Origin: Minisyncoccia bacterium
Lineage (GTDB): Bacteria; Patescibacteriota; Minisyncoccia; Phycocordibacterales; DATDWN01
Assembly (NCBI GenBank): GCA_049297675.1
Contig: JBAQUS010000011.1
Location: 101,184 to 165,183 of the forward strand
DNA: 64,000 nt
Direction of reading: 5' to 3'
Position numbers and translations under genes: made by a program. This document shows positions 20,188 through 28,898 of this stretch, piece by piece. Positions within the stretch are counted from its first letter, which is position 1. Each line of letters starts with the position of its first letter. The notes below the pieces were generated by a model that had not been told where the DNA came from, searched no databases, and worked only from the letters and a program-made list of their open reading frames with translations.

Positions 20188-20427
20188 ATGCCTAGACTGA
20201 GGGATATTTCTGGTAAGCAAATGGTCAGAATCTTTCAAACCCTTGGTTTTGTTGTTTTAAGTCAAAAAGGTAGTCATATCAAGATGTCTAGAGTTCAAGG
20301 TGGAAAAGAGCAGACTTTGGTTATTCCAAACCATACTTCAATCTCAAAAGGAACACTTAAAACAATTTATATTCAGGCAGGTAACTACATTCCTGAAAAT
20401 CAGCTCAAAAAACTTTTTTATACATAG
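20188..20427 (+). CDS. hicA: HicA mRNA interferase toxin
   Basis: ISGKQMVRIFQTLGFVVLSQKGSHIKMSR ... LVIPNHTSISKGTLKTIYIQAG matches HicA (GKELIKLLEKxGFxxVRxKGSHxxxxH ... VPxHxxLxxGTLxSILKQAG). Confidence 0.65.
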   Translation: MPRLRDISGKQMVRIFQTLGFVVLSQKGSHIKMSRVQGGKEQTLVIPNHTSISKGTLKTIYIQAGNYIPENQLKKLFYT

Positions 20428-20500
20428 TTTTATTAAGCGAGGGGAATTGCGACTTATTTACATGCTATTTAGGGTATCATTGTATTGGACAAAACTCCTA

Positions 20501-20529
20501 TTGTACAAAAAACAATTATCTGATAGTAT
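20501..20529 (+). promoter_or_regulatory. sigma70-like promoter upstream of rpsJ: TTGTAC, 17 nt, TAGTAT
   Basis: ttgtacaaaaaacaattatctgatagtat, about 25 nt upstream of the rpsJ ATG. Confidence 0.4.
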
Positions 20530-20551
20530 CGTTCTATTGTAATTTATCAAA

Positions 20552-21022
20552 ATGACTGCCAAGGAAAGCCCAAAAAAACCTGTAGCCAAAAAAACTGCTA
20601 CAAAAAAACCCGCTAATGCAGGTGGGTCTGTTGCTAAACCTTCCGTACCAAAGTCTACAACGAAAGTGGCTAAGACAGTTTCTACTCCAGTCAAGTCTTC
20701 ACCTAAGACCGAGGCTATTTCTAAACTTCGTATACGGGTCAGAGCATACGAGTACAAGATTTTGGATGTTTCAGTAAAGCAGATAATAGATACAGCTCTT
20801 CGTTATGATGCTAAAGTCGAAGGACCTATACCTCTCCCTACTGAGATAAAAAAATACACTGTAAACAGATCATCTTTCGTTTTTAAAAATGCTAGAGAGC
20901 AGTTTGAAATGAGAGTACACAAGAGAGTTATAGACATTCTCAATCCTAGCCCGAAAATAATGGAGGCGTTGACAAACATGTCATTACCAAGTGGAGTTAA
21001 CATTGATGTGAAGATTATTTAG
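20552..21022 (+). CDS. rpsJ: 30S ribosomal protein S10 with an N-terminal K/A/P-rich (histone H1-like) extension of about 55 aa
   Basis: the C-terminal 100 aa (LRIRVRAYEYKILDVSV ... GPIPLPTEIKKYTVNRS) is S10; the N-terminus is KKPVAKKTATKKPANAGG-type low-complexity sequence. Confidence 0.9.
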   Translation: MTAKESPKKPVAKKTATKKPANAGGSVAKPSVPKSTTKVAKTVSTPVKSSPKTEAISKLRIRVRAYEYKILDVSVKQIIDTALRYDAKVEGPIPLPTEIKKYTVNRSSFVFKNAREQFEMRVHKRVIDILNPSPKIMEALTNMSLPSGVNIDVKII

Positions 21023-21230
21023 TGGAAAGTGTGACTAGAACAATTTTATTAAAAATTGTTCGTCCGACCGATTGTATTCAATTGGTTTAGGAAAGTGTGA
21101 AAGTACGACTCTTGAATTCCAAACACATATCTGCTATTGTACTCCAATCGCCTCTGGGCGTTTTTATACGCCTTATCTAGTATTCATTCGTATCATTCGC
21201 ATGAATTCGTAGATTGGTATCGCACTTACT

Positions 21231-21845
21231 ATGAAGTTTATCCTAGGTACAAAAATAAATATGACTCAAATCTTTGATGAAAAAGGTTTGGTCCATCCTG
21301 TAACTGCCATAAAGGCTGGTCCAGTTTTTGTTACTCAAGTCAAGACAGAAAAAACAGATGGCTATAATGCTATTCAAGTTGGTTTCGGTGAGAGAAATCC
21401 AAAAAATATAAACAAAGCTCTCAAGGGTCACATGAAGGACAAAAATTTCATCCATCTTAAAGAATTACGAGTTAAGGGAGAACCTACATACAAAGTTGGT
21501 GATTCAATAGATTTGTCAGCTTTTACAACAGGGGATAAAGTAGTTGTTTCTTCAACATCAAAAGGCAAGGGTTTTCAAGGTGTTGTTAAGAGGCATGGTT
21601 TCAAAGGTGGACCGAGATCTCATGGGCAAAAGCATTCCGAAAGAGAACCAGGTTCTATTGGAGGAGCTGGTCGTGATGGAGGGCGTGTTGCTAAAGGAAA
21701 GAGAATGGCAGGGAGAATGGGGGGTGATAGAATCACACTAAAGGGGCTGACTGTAGTTAGCATGGACACAAAATCAGGGGAGATGTTTATTCGTGGAGCT
21801 GTTCCAGGGAGGAGGGGGACGCTAGTTGAAATACATGGGAGTTAA
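21231..21845 (+). CDS. rplC: 50S ribosomal protein L3
   Basis: GTKINMTQIFDEKGLVHPVTAIKAGP ... GFKGGPRSHGQKHSEREPGSIG. Confidence 0.9.
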   Translation: MKFILGTKINMTQIFDEKGLVHPVTAIKAGPVFVTQVKTEKTDGYNAIQVGFGERNPKNINKALKGHMKDKNFIHLKELRVKGEPTYKVGDSIDLSAFTTGDKVVVSSTSKGKGFQGVVKRHGFKGGPRSHGQKHSEREPGSIGGAGRDGGRVAKGKRMAGRMGGDRITLKGLTVVSMDTKSGEMFIRGAVPGRRGTLVEIHGS

Positions 21846-21880
21846 AAGTGTGAAAGTAGAAAGTATAAAGTAAATTCAAA

Positions 21881-22627
21881 ATGGAAGAGAAAAAGTTAAA
21901 AAAGAATACGAAACCAAAAATGGAGTCTACAAAAGAGACAAAAGTCCCAGTCTCACTTGAAGCAGTCGTTTATGACACAAAAGGTAAAGAATCTGGCAAA
22001 GTTAGCCTACCAGAAGGAGTATTTGGTCAGAAATGGAATGCCGACCTGGTTCATCAGGTGGTTATGTCAATGGAGTCGACACAGAGAACAAATGTTGCTC
22101 ACACCAAAAACCGAGGTGAGGTCAGGGGTGGAGGTAAAAAACCTTGGCAACAAAAAGGTACCGGACGAGCAAGGCATGGTTCTATAAGGTCACCGCTTTG
22201 GGTTGGGGGAGGTGTGACGCATGGTCCTAGAAATGATAAAGATTATTCTAGGAAAATAAATAAAAAAATGAAGGCTAAGGCTCTTTATACTATTCTCTCA
22301 AAAAAATACAGAGACGGACAAGTTTTGTTTGTGGATGAAATCGCACTTAAAGCACCTAAGACAAAAGAAGCCAAAGTTATCCTATCGTCGCTCTCAAAGG
22401 TTTCAGGGTATAATGATTTACTATCAAAGAAAAAAAATTCCGCATACATAGCACTTTCAGCAAAGGACACAAACACAGAAAAAAGTTTTAACAATTTTGG
22501 TAATCTGATGGTGGACGAGATAAGAAACGTAAATCCTGTCAGTCTTTTGAAATATAAATACGTAGTTATATCAAATCCGGAGAGGGGACTATCATTGATT
22601 TCAGAGAAGTTATCAAGTAAAAAGTAG
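21881..22627 (+). CDS. rplD: 50S ribosomal protein L4
   Basis: KNRGEVRGGGKKPWQQKGTGRARHGSIRSPLWVGGGVTHGPR. Confidence 0.9.
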   Translation: MEEKKLKKNTKPKMESTKETKVPVSLEAVVYDTKGKESGKVSLPEGVFGQKWNADLVHQVVMSMESTQRTNVAHTKNRGEVRGGGKKPWQQKGTGRARHGSIRSPLWVGGGVTHGPRNDKDYSRKINKKMKAKALYTILSKKYRDGQVLFVDEIALKAPKTKEAKVILSSLSKVSGYNDLLSKKKNSAYIALSAKDTNTEKSFNNFGNLMVDEIRNVNPVSLLKYKYVVISNPERGLSLISEKLSSKK

Positions 22628-22645
22628 AAAGTATAAAGAAATATA

Positions 22646-22927
22646 ATGAAGAAAGATTTGAATTCAATTTTAATAAAGCCGAGAGTTACAGAAAAAGCTA
22701 CTTTTAAAGCAGAGTCTTCAGTTTATACTTTTGAAGTAACACCAAAGTCTACAAAGTCGCAAATTGAGAGAGCCTTTGAGGAAAAATATAAAATGAGTCC
22801 CGTCAAAATAAGTACAGTGACAATTCCTGCCAAATACGTTTTTGTTCGTGGAAAGAGAGGTAAAAAGTCAGGGTACAAAAAAGCTTATGTGTATTTGAAG
22901 AAGGGTGAGAAGATCGAAAATATTTAA
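22646..22927 (+). CDS. rplW: 50S ribosomal protein L23
   Basis: ILIKPRVTEKATFKAESSVYTFEVTPKSTKSQIERAFEEKY. Confidence 0.9.
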   Translation: MKKDLNSILIKPRVTEKATFKAESSVYTFEVTPKSTKSQIERAFEEKYKMSPVKISTVTIPAKYVFVRGKRGKKSGYKKAYVYLKKGEKIENI

Positions 22928-23032
22928 AGCGATACAAATATACGAATGACATGCGAATGATACGAATTAATAAAATACACTTGCACCCATTCGTTTTATT
23001 CGTATAATTCGTAGGTTCGCATCGATATTATT
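22928..23032 (+). repeat. palindromic ACGAAT-triplet intergenic element (rplW-rplB spacer)
   Basis: agcgatacaaatatacgaatgacatgcgaatgatacgaat ... cattcgttttattcgtataattcgtaggttcgcatcgat. Confidence 0.7.
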
Positions 23033-23875
23033 ATGAAACGCTACAGACCAACAACAAAATCAAGAAGACAAATGTCAACCATTTCTTTTGGTGATCATGT
23101 TACTGTAAAAGAACCATACAAACCTCTTACTCATGGTTTCAGAAGAAAAATGGGAAGAAATAGTTTCGGTGAGATAACTACTCGTCACAAAGGGGGAGGA
23201 GCAAAAAGACTTTTCCGAGAAATAGATTTTAAATATGACAAGATAAACGTTCCATATACTGTAAAAACAGTTGAATACGATCCAAACAGAACAAGTTTTA
23301 TCAGTTTGGTTCAATATTTAGATGGTGAGAGAAGATATGTTATTTTACCAGCTTCGCTTAAGGTTGGTGATGTTTGCATCACAAAAGAAGATGCAGAACA
23401 AAAACCAGGAAATAGATTGCCACTTAAAAATATTAATGTTGGTACTTTTGTGTATAACGTCGAGCTAAAGCCGGGAAGTGGAGCAAAGATAGCTCGTTCT
23501 GCTGGAAATTATGTGGAAGTTATTGCCAAAGACGCTGGATATGTTGACCTAAAAATGCCGTCATCAGAAGTCAGAAAAGTTCTTGAAACATCTTGGGCGT
23601 CAGTTGGGGAAGTTTCAAATAATGAAAATAGATTAGTAAACTTAGGAAAGGCAGGAAGAAGTAGATGGCTAGGTATAAGACCAACAGTCAGAGGTACCGC
23701 AATGAACCCAGTTGATCACCCATACGGAGGAGGAGAGCAGAGACAGGGAAGAGGAAGAAAGAGAGCTATTTCAGTTTACGGCAAACCAACAGGCAAGGGA
23801 CAGAAATCTAGAACGCCGAAGAAATATTCGAACAAGTGGATAGTTTCTCGCCGAAAAGTTGGCAAGAAGAAGTAA
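23033..23875 (+). CDS. rplB: 50S ribosomal protein L2
   Basis: GRNSFGEITTRHKGGGAKR ... MNPVDHPYGGGE. Confidence 0.95.
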   Translation: MKRYRPTTKSRRQMSTISFGDHVTVKEPYKPLTHGFRRKMGRNSFGEITTRHKGGGAKRLFREIDFKYDKINVPYTVKTVEYDPNRTSFISLVQYLDGERRYVILPASLKVGDVCITKEDAEQKPGNRLPLKNINVGTFVYNVELKPGSGAKIARSAGNYVEVIAKDAGYVDLKMPSSEVRKVLETSWASVGEVSNNENRLVNLGKAGRSRWLGIRPTVRGTAMNPVDHPYGGGEQRQGRGRKRAISVYGKPTGKGQKSRTPKKYSNKWIVSRRKVGKKK

Positions 23876-24096
23876 AACTTCCAAAACTGGCGAATTTCTT
23901 TGTTCTCGATTTTACTTCCTCCACGCGCAGTACTAAATGTACAGCTTGGTCGTAAGTAAAATCTGCGAACTTCAAAATTCACTCAGTTTATGAAAGTTTT
24001 ATGAATTCGAGTATAAATCCTAAAATTAGAAAACTTCCAATACTGACTGAGGAGTTTTATTTTTGACAAAGTATAATTTTTTTGTTATAAATTAGT

Positions 24097-24294
24097 TTGG
24101 AGGATGTTATGTCATTTTTCACAGAGGGTATGGTACGTCGGGAGCATGAACGGAGAGACGGGACGCTCACTCAGGTTCTGAGGATCATTGATTCAGAGAT
24201 TTCCAAATGCAATCCTGGGTCTGACCATGGAGCGCAACGTGTCTATGCTCTTCAAGAGCTTCGCAAAAGGATTGTTCGCGAGGTTGCGGAGTGA
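24097..24294 (+). CDS. hypothetical small protein in a GC-rich patch
   Basis: ORF track only; GC-rich relative to the flanks. Confidence 0.2.
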   Translation: MEDVMSFFTEGMVRREHERRDGTLTQVLRIIDSEISKCNPGSDHGAQRVYALQELRKRIVREVAE

Positions 24295-24346
24295 ACACAG
24301 TAGGACGACAAGGGATGCCGAGTCGTCCTTTGTCGTACTAGTGGGA

Positions 24347-24382
24347 TTGACATTTCATATCCAAAGTATATACTTTGGATAT
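24347..24382. promoter_or_regulatory. 34-bp perfect palindrome overlapping the start of the RelB/DinJ-like antitoxin gene (putative autoregulatory operator)
   Basis: tttcatatccaaagtatatactttggatatgaaa. Confidence 0.5.
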
Positions 24383-24656
24383 GAAAACGATGATAAATAT
24401 AAAAACAGATGTTGAGATAAAAAATCAGGCCAAGAAGGTGGCTAAAGAGCTTGGTATTCCACTCGGGACTGTGCTTAACGCATATTTAAGGGAGTTTATT
24501 CAAACTAAGACGGCTCACTTTTCATTGGTACCAAGAATGACAAAAACCTTGGAGCTACTTTTAGGGTCTGTTGAAAAAGATGTGAGGAAGAGAAAAAATC
24601 TTTCCCAAACTTTTTCTTCTGATAAAGAAGCCATTAGTTATCTAAATAATCTCTAA
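24375..24656 (+). CDS. RelB/DinJ-family antitoxin
   Basis: MINIKTDVEIKNQAKKVAKELGIPLGTVLNAYLREFIQTK matches DinJ/RelB. Confidence 0.6.
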   Translation: MDMKTMINIKTDVEIKNQAKKVAKELGIPLGTVLNAYLREFIQTKTAHFSLVPRMTKTLELLLGSVEKDVRKRKNLSQTFSSDKEAISYLNNL

Positions 24657-24661
24657 GTCTT

Positions 24662-24922
24662 ATGAGAGTCGTTTTTCATAAGAATTTTGAAAAGAAATAC
24701 AAAAGACTAAGGTCCTCCGAAAAAGATAGGTTTAAAAAAATTTTAAATACTTTTATTATTGATCCGTTTTATCCAACTTTGAACAACCACGTATTATCTG
24801 GTAAATACGGAGGTTTTAGAAGTATAAATATCGGTGGCGATTTAAGGGCTATTTACAAAATGTTAGATAATGATATGTACCTCTTTGTGACCATTGATTC
24901 ACACAGCAATTTGTATGAATAG
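24662..24922 (+). CDS. RelE/YafQ-family toxin
   Basis: FEKKYKRLRSSEKDRFKKILNTFIIDPFYPTLNNHVLSGKYGGFRSINIGGDLRAIYKM ... DSHSNLY. Confidence 0.6.
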   Translation: MRVVFHKNFEKKYKRLRSSEKDRFKKILNTFIIDPFYPTLNNHVLSGKYGGFRSINIGGDLRAIYKMLDNDMYLFVTIDSHSNLYE

Positions 24923-24981
24923 TATTTAGGTTTGACTAAGTTAGACAGGATCGAGAAGAGATTTGACAAAAAACCACAGTC

Positions 24982-25833
24982 ATGATATGCTTACGAGCAG
25001 AAATGCAGGAATCTCCTGCAACTGATCCAGCAGATCTCTGGAAAGTACGTTCACAGGGAGAAACTGTCATGACGACTCAAGTTGTCGCAGACGGCATTGC
25101 CAAGAGAAAACCGACGGTAGATGAGATGGAAACACTGCTCTTCAATCGCATTCCGGATCTGATTCGCCGCTACAAAGAGGGCGGTCTTGATCCAGCCGGA
25201 GTGAACACGACCCTGCAGATGGTGGCGGAAGGTTCAATCATCACTGAATCGAAAACAGTGGTGGTCGCTCCACCGAAGCCAAAGCAGGACAAGTTCGAAC
25301 TTCTCACGACGTTCGAAGTCACGGTCCCGGAAGGTTACAACCACGCAACTCACCTCGACACGTTCCGTGCACAGCATCAGAGTAAAGAGAACAAGGAGTT
25401 CTACTTCTACAACGATGCCATCACGGACGCGAACTACGCGGCGAAAGCGACGACCAAGTTGACCGCCGGCCGGAGGTTCTTGGTCAAGGCCTTCGGTATC
25501 AAGAAGACGGTGAGTTCACTCGACTGTCTCGCGAAGGTCAAGGCCGAAAACGCTGTTTTGACCGGGGCGCAGGGTGCATCCCTCGTTTACGAGGAGAGGA
25601 AGAACGAATTGCCGAAAGGCAAGTATTACGTCTCTTTCGATGAAAAGGATGCCCTCTGGCGGGATCCGTACGGCTACCACAGGGTGCCGCTCGTGTGCGC
25701 GTACTCCGATGACGACTTTCGCTTCGATCTCGGCCTCTTCGAGTTTGACTGGGTTTCCGTCTACGTCCTCCTCTGCTTCTGCGACTTGCCCAGTGACTCG
25801 TCTTCGGGCGAGGCACAGATCTTGGACGCTTAG
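24982..25833 (+). CDS. DGR target protein (GC-rich gene; the C-terminal ~45 aa are encoded by the variable repeat)
   Basis: its 3' end (about 25654-25786) matches the template repeat at 26200-26332 except at template adenines; the whole gene is about 55% GC. Confidence 0.6.
   Translation: MICLRAEMQESPATDPADLWKVRSQGETVMTTQVVADGIAKRKPTVDEMETLLFNRIPDLIRRYKEGGLDPAGVNTTLQMVAEGSIITESKTVVVAPPKPKQDKFELLTTFEVTVPEGYNHATHLDTFRAQHQSKENKEFYFYNDAITDANYAAKATTKLTAGRRFLVKAFGIKKTVSSLDCLAKVKAENAVLTGAQGASLVYEERKNELPKGKYYVSFDEKDALWRDPYGYHRVPLVCAYSDDDFRFDLGLFEFDWVSVYVLLCFCDLPSDSSSGEAQILDA
25654..25786 (+). repeat. DGR variable repeat (VR)
   Basis: 133-nt match to the TR; about 18 mismatches, all but one at TR adenines. 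Confidence 0.7.
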
Positions 25834-26199
25834 AACCTTAAACAAGTTCTTTGCTTTCTTTGATCCTTCCGTTTTTTCCAGGCCCCTGCTTTACCGCGGG
25901 GGTCCTTCTTTATATACTTTTCTTTTATTAATGTTTTCTATACAATAATCTTGGATATTCGATCGGGTGAGCGATCACGGTTTCTCACTATCGCTATCTT
26001 GTAAAAGGGATCAATGAGGATTCACCGAGCAATATTTTTTCTTAGCTTTGTGAATGAGAATTGCCTTTTATAAAAAAAACAAAATAAGTCGGTGTGATAG
26101 GTTATCGAGCGTATCAGTTATGACACATAAGGCTCGGAATGAAGTACAGAGGGTGACTGGTGTTGCTCTCGGTGATAATAGACGACCTATCATACATTG

Positions 26200-26332
26200 C
26201 TCTGGCAGGATCCGAACGGCAACCACAGGGTGCCGCTCGTGAACGCGAACTCCGATGACGACTTCAACTTCGATCTCGACAACTTCGAGAATGACTGGAA
26301 TTCCGACTACGTCCTCCTCTGCTTCTGCAACT
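26200..26332 (+). repeat. DGR template repeat (TR)
   Basis: non-coding copy of the VR carrying AAC codons (ALWQDPNGNHRVPLVNANSDDDFNFDLDNFENDWNSDY) where the VR encodes Y/C/R/L/F/V. Confidence 0.7.
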
Positions 26333-26373
26333 CATTTGTTTCTCCTCCATCTTTTAGGTGGGGGAGTTTCTTT

Positions 26374-26733
26374 TTACAATCTCTCCTGAATATCTTTCTT
26401 CCATCCTCCAAGCATTCGTCCGACTTCATCGAGATTGAGAATAAGAACTCCGTATTGTTTGTTATCTATGATTTTGTGTTCCCACGCTATTTGAAGGAAA
26501 AATTTAAGTAAATCATCTTTACCAATTGCTTGTGATACTAAAGAAAGCTTCTCAAATTTATCATATGCAAAACAGGCTCGAAATATTAATTCAAGTAGAG
26601 AAAGAAACAAATCGTCAATTTGTGTCCCGATAGTATTTCGATCAACACGATTAACTTTCTCTAAATAATCATGCCAAACTCTATATCCTTCTTTTGCACG
26701 GACTAAAACGAGGGGCGACGTTATCGGGGGGGT
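26374..26733 (-). CDS. avd: Avd-like accessory variability determinant (four-helix bundle, 23S-IVS protein family); the ORF-track start at 26610 is TTG and homology continues upstream to a stop at about 26734 with no canonical start codon
   Basis: LFLSLLELIFRACFA ... LLKFFLQIAWEHKIIDNKQYGVLILNLDEVGRMLGGWKK fits the Avd/IVS pattern (...VS ... LRFWLR ... IAEVGRILGxW). Confidence 0.5.
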   Translation of the reverse strand, partial: TPPITSPLVLVRAKEGYRVWHDYLEKVNRVDRNTIGTQIDDLFLSLLELIFRACFAYDKFEKLSLVSQAIGKDDLLKFFLQIAWEHKIIDNKQYGVLILNLDEVGRMLGGWKKDIQERL

Positions 26734-26776
26734 TCATCATAGTTTTATTATCTGTGTTGTAATTTTTTATGCTATA

Positions 26777-27769
26777 TTGAATTTCGTGTTCGCTCACAAA
26801 TATACAGACATAATAACCATAGAAAATATTTTGGCAACATGGGGTCATTTTGTTTGTGGTAAGCGCAAGAAAAGAGACGTCAGAACTTTTCAATTACTGC
26901 TTGCTGATAATCTCATTACGCTATACAAAGAACTTACTGAAAAAACATATGAACATGGTAATTATTCAGCTTTTAATATATCAGATCCTAAACCGAGAAA
27001 TATACATAAAGCATTGGTAAGAGATAGAGTCATTCATCATCTAATATATAAGGAGTTGTATTGGTATTTCCATGAAAGACTGATATTTGATTCGTATTCG
27101 TGCAGAAAATATAAGGGGACTCACAAAGCTCTTGATAGGTTTGAACTTTTTGCTGGAAAAGTCTCAAAAAATCATACGAGAACGTGTTATGTATTAAAAT
27201 GCGATATTAAAAAATTCTTTGCTTCAATTGATCAGAAGTCTCTGATGCAGGTTCTTGATCGGCATATTGAAGACGAAGATATTAAATGGTTGATTAATCA
27301 AGTGTTAAAAAGTTTTCATACAACTGATGTGGGTGTAGGTTTGCCACTAGGTAATCTTAGCTCTCAATTACTGGTAAATATCTATATGCATGAGTTCGAT
27401 ATGTATGTGAAACAGGAACTGAGAGTTAAATATTATATCCGTTACGCTGACGATTTTGTTTTTCTATCAGATGATAAAAAATATCTTGAAGATCTTTTAC
27501 CAAAAATAAGGTTGTTTTTACAAGATAAGCTTCATTTATCTCTCCACCCTAACAAAGTGTTTATACAAACGTCCAGTTTAGGAGTGGATTTTCTAGGCTG
27601 GATTCACTTTCCGCACCATCGCATTATTAGAACTACAACAAAACGTAAGATTATTAAAAACACAAAATGGTATCCACGTCATGAAACAGTCAATTCATAT
27701 CGAGGTCTACTGGGACACGGAAATACCCATGAATTACAAGAGAAAATTGGAATTATTAAACATGCGTAA
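26777..27769 (+). CDS. DGR-type reverse transcriptase
   Basis: RT motifs including GLPLGNLSSQLLVNIYM (the SQ signature of DGR RTs, cf. IGNLTSQ) and RYADDFVFL (YxDD box). Confidence 0.8.
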   Translation: MNFVFAHKYTDIITIENILATWGHFVCGKRKKRDVRTFQLLLADNLITLYKELTEKTYEHGNYSAFNISDPKPRNIHKALVRDRVIHHLIYKELYWYFHERLIFDSYSCRKYKGTHKALDRFELFAGKVSKNHTRTCYVLKCDIKKFFASIDQKSLMQVLDRHIEDEDIKWLINQVLKSFHTTDVGVGLPLGNLSSQLLVNIYMHEFDMYVKQELRVKYYIRYADDFVFLSDDKKYLEDLLPKIRLFLQDKLHLSLHPNKVFIQTSSLGVDFLGWIHFPHHRIIRTTTKRKIIKNTKWYPRHETVNSYRGLLGHGNTHELQEKIGIIKHA

Positions 27770-27959
27770 TTTTTTTACCTGCCATAAGTTAAAAAGTTGA
27801 CATTATAACCTATTTTGTATAGTATGTTTGGCACATAAGAGCCATTACCTCTTAGGTGAAGTTTTGTGTGGTATTCGCAAAATGCCTCTACAAAGAGCGC
27901 TTTTTCTTTTGAGTTTATTCGTTTCATTCGTATGAATTCGTATATTAGCATCGCTTAAT

Positions 27960-28298
27960 ATGACAAGATCATCCAAAAAAGGTCCATACGTAGACGAGAG
28001 AGTCCTCAAAAAGATTGAGGGTAGAAAGCCTCTGGAAACTGGAGTCATAAAGACATGGTCAAGAGCCTGTGTTATCTCTCCTGAGATGATCGGTTTTACT
28101 TTCGGAGTTCATAACGGTAAAACACATTTGGACGTGCTAGTATCAGAGGATATGATTGGTCACAGACTTGGAGAATTCTCACCTACAAAGAAGTTTATAA
28201 AACACGGAGGTAAGATGCAGAAAGAGCTTGAGATGAAGAAGAAGGAATCTGAAATTGCGGCAGCATCAGCGGCAAAGGCGGAGCCAGCCAAGAAGTAA
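27960..28298 (+). CDS. rpsS: 30S ribosomal protein S19 (with a K/A/E-rich C-terminal tail)
   Basis: [16 protein letters not shown] ... [29 protein letters not shown]. Confidence 0.9.
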   Translation: MTRSSKKGPYVDERVLKKIEGRKPLETGVIKTWSRACVISPEMIGFTFGVHNGKTHLDVLVSEDMIGHRLGEFSPTKKFIKHGGKMQKELEMKKKESEIAAASAAKAEPAKK

Positions 28299-28410
28299 AT
28301 TAACGCGATGCAAATATACGAATACATACGAATGAAATGAATAGATGTAGTCAATTACCCCGTTAATTTGTATCATTCGTAAAATTCGTAGATTAGTATC
28401 GACATCATAT
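28299..28410 (+). repeat. palindromic ACGAAT-triplet intergenic element (rpsS-rplV spacer)
   Basis: aacgcgatgcaaatatacgaatacatacgaatgaaatgaat ... gtatcattcgtaaaattcgtagattagtatcga. Confidence 0.7.
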
Positions 28411-28860
28411 ATGACAATGAAAACAGCTAAAGCAACATTGGGAAATTTCAGACAAGCTCCTCGTAAAATGAGGCTTATTGCTAATGCTGTCAGAGGCAAA
28501 AAAGTTTCAGATGCACTTGTTAACCTGGATTTTATCGCAAAGAGAGCATCTAGCCCGATAAAAACTCTCATTGCTTCTGCTTTGGCAAATGCCAAGACTC
28601 TTGATATCCCAACAGACAATCTTGTTGTTAAAACAATTCAAGTAAATGGAGGTTCTATAATGTACAGGAGACTGCCAGCCGCTCGTGGAAGTGCACATCC
28701 CATGAGAAAAAGAACCAGCTCTGTCTATGTTGAGCTCGGAGAGGCAGAAGTTAAAAGTAAAAAGTCGAAAGTAGAAAGAAATGCAGTTTCTTTGCCTGAA
28801 ATTAGTAAGGAAAAGTCTATCAAGAGTACAAAGACTGCAAAGGCTAAAACAAAGAATTAA
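28411..28860 (+). CDS. rplV: 50S ribosomal protein L22 (with a K-rich C-terminal tail)
   Basis: AKATLGNFRQAPRKMRLIANAVRGKKVSDALVNLDF. Confidence 0.9.
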   Translation: MTMKTAKATLGNFRQAPRKMRLIANAVRGKKVSDALVNLDFIAKRASSPIKTLIASALANAKTLDIPTDNLVVKTIQVNGGSIMYRRLPAARGSAHPMRKRTSSVYVELGEAEVKSKKSKVERNAVSLPEISKEKSIKSTKTAKAKTKN

Positions 28861-28898
28861 CTTTATGTACTTTTTACTTTAAACTTTATAACTAACAT

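Noticed and set aside
26054-26511. ORFs 26054..26242 and 26197..26511 over the DGR template repeat
   Set aside because: They merely translate the non-coding TR copy (ALWQDPNGNH...). The region is interpreted as the TR, not a gene.
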